DNA of 64,000 nt from Narcine bancroftii (Eukaryota): positions 351,974,001-352,038,000 of the forward strand of contig NC_091471.1 of the NCBI RefSeq assembly GCF_036971445.1, in the 5' to 3' direction. Positions 61,876 through 64,000 of this stretch are shown here, piece by piece. The position numbers and the translations under genes were made by a program. The notes beneath the pieces were generated by a model, which searched no databases, was not told the DNA's origin, and saw only the letters and a program-made list of their open reading frames with translations. Within the stretch, counting starts at the first letter, position 1, and the number at the start of each line of letters is the position of its first letter.

Positions 61876-62699
61876 AGCAGTAAAAGCCTGAAGATTTTTA
61901 TGTTTCACTCAGGTAATTTACATCCAGTCTTGCTTTAAGGTGAAGTTTGCTGTGGGAAATATGCACAGGGGATGACACCTCCGAAAAGCATTCATGTTAG
62001 GGTATCAGACCCCGGGGCTACCAGACAACAGCAACACAGGCAATGGCGACAGGGGAAAAGAAGAGTACACAATGGTTTTCTGAAAGTATCGTGAACTGTT
62101 GGACATGAGGAGCAGGAAGAGATACGGGAAAGGCCAGAGGACAAATGCTTAATGATGCCAATGAACTGACACCCCACCACACTTCTTTAGATGTGAGCAC
62201 AATGAGGTTTGAGCAACCAGTGGGCTGCAGTCTGGCATGAAGACAGGGGAATCTGATGCAGGGACTTGTACAGAAGGATTACATTTCCATAGAGGACTCA
62301 GAGGAAGGTTGTGGTTGGGATGCTTAAATCATCAGGCCAGTATGTTGACAACAATATAGTCTGTGCATGTCAGGCCTGTCTCACCCAATGCAGAAGATGA
62401 CAAAGTATGTGGTGGAGTCAATCTCCTTGCTGTTCTAAAAACACAATGCTGGAGAAACTCAGCTGGTCAAACAGTTTACTTCATAAAGCAAAACTTAATC
62501 AACATTTCAGGCTTGAGCTTTGATGAAGGGCTGTAGTATGCAGTTGTGCAGAGTGCAGATCACAATCTTTGTCAGGTTTCCTCAAGGATATAGTTACACC
62601 TTCCAACATTTGAAAAATTCTTCCATCCCACACTCAAATTCCGTCATCTTGAACATGATGCCCCCCCCCATCAAGCACATTTCTTCAAGACATTTCCAC

Positions 62700-63260
62700 C
62701 GTCTCTCACTTCCCTTCTCACTACGCAACTGCAAAAGGTGAACACTTGCCCTTTTACTTCTCTTTTCACCAGGAAGAGGAGCCTTGTTTGTCTAGGCTTA
62801 CAGAATGGATTGCTCCACATATCCTTTAAAAATACTGGCATAGCTTGAACCAATGAGAGGTCTTATGGCTACTCCTTTGATCTGGAGAATGTGGGATGAG
62901 CCAAAGGAGAAGTTATTGAGAGTGAGTAAAAGTTCTGCCAGTTGGAGGAGGGTGGTACTGGAAGAGGATAGGTTAGATCTGTTATGCAGCATGAAATATA
63001 ATCCTTCTGAATGGAGGACGGAAATAGATAGGGACTGAACACTAGGTGAAAATTAGGCTTTCCAACTGAAAGTTGTCAGTGATGGAGAGAATGTGATGTG
63101 TCCCAGATGTTTGGGGGGGGAAGGGACTGGATCAAGGGGGACAAAATTGAGCCAAATAATATCAGTTCAGTAGGACAGGAACAATGAGTTTACTGGAGGC
63201 AGTGAGGTTTGTGGATCTTGGGTAGGAGGTAGAACCAGACAGTGCAGGTCAGGAAACAAA
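62700..63260 (-). mobile_element. Penelope-like element RT fragment
   Basis: TLLQLAELLLTLNNFSFGSSHILQIKGVAI...YVEQS, matching the Penelope RT (QxxGxAMG region). Confidence 0.85.
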
Positions 63261-63804
63261 GAGGCTGTGGAAGGGAGAGGAGGTCAGTGGCTTAATGTTT
63301 ATTGGTGGCGTACTTTGCAAAAGGTAGGTGAAAGGTGGTATTATCAGCCCTCTCAGTAGTCAGTTCTGTCTTTGATTTCTCATTCTGATTGAATAAAGGC
63401 AGTAGGAAACTTGATGAACAACCCTTATCTTCTGACTTGGGATATTAAGCCGTCAGTCTTAACAATAAATTCAACAATTTCAGGTCATACATCTTTCCAA
63501 TTTGCCAATTCTGATGATAGATCATCAATGTGAAATGTCAACTGTTTCTGCTCCCATAGATGCAGCCAAACCTATGGCATCATTCTTTTCATCATTTTTT
63601 TTTGTTGTTTCTTTAACATTACCCAGCATCAGAGTTTTGCTACTCCCAATTATATAAAACAGAGTCAGCTTATTTTATTTTTCCTTTTCTTTCTCCTCTG
63701 CTTTCTTTATCCAATTATACTTTCTTCTCTTAGCAGACCAGCTACATTGAACAAACTTCGGCCTTCCCACAGCTGGCCCAATCACCACTTACATCAGATG
63801 ACTA

Positions 63805-64000
63805 GAGATCATTGGGAGAAATCAGAGTGGAGAGGGGGACCAAATTCAAGTTCTTGGGAACCATCATCTCGGAGGATATTTCCTGAATGGAACACACTAA
63901 TGGGATAGTGAAGAAAGCACATCAGTGCCACTACTTCCTAAAGGTAGTGGACACAACCCAGGAAATCACAAGCAAAATCCTACCCACCGTTGAGAACATC
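63805..64000 (+). mobile_element. Rex1/Babar RT fragment, running off the window
   Basis: VERGTKFKFLGTIISEDIS*...IVKKAHQCHYFL. Confidence 0.75.

Overview
Eukaryotic, repeat-dense genomic DNA, most likely from a cartilaginous fish (inferred from HE1/V-SINEs and shark/ray-type CR1, Rex1/Babar, L1, RTE and Penelope families). The only host gene I can support is a conventional protein kinase C (PRKCA-like) on the minus strand, which the ORF track misses. Exon 1 (ATG 33774 to 33608) and the 32-nt exon 2 (33339-33308) have canonical splice sites. Positions 1-33307 are probably the start of a very large intron 2, and 33775-64000 is 5' UTR, promoter and upstream DNA. Two motif-rich tandem arrays lie within about 2.5 kb upstream of the ATG. 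The rest is mostly transposable-element debris. It includes a three-level nest containing a TSD-bounded, ORF1-only (HAL1-like) L1 with a decaying ORF2 relic, a TSD-bounded 4.2 kb L1, young RTE copies, hAT/Tc1/Harbinger-type MITEs, solo LTRs, a Gypsy remnant and Penelope pieces with hammerhead-ribozyme-like cores. I see no CRISPR array, rRNA, tRNA gene or prokaryote-type system. All calls were made by eye, and TE boundaries without a TSD are approximate.
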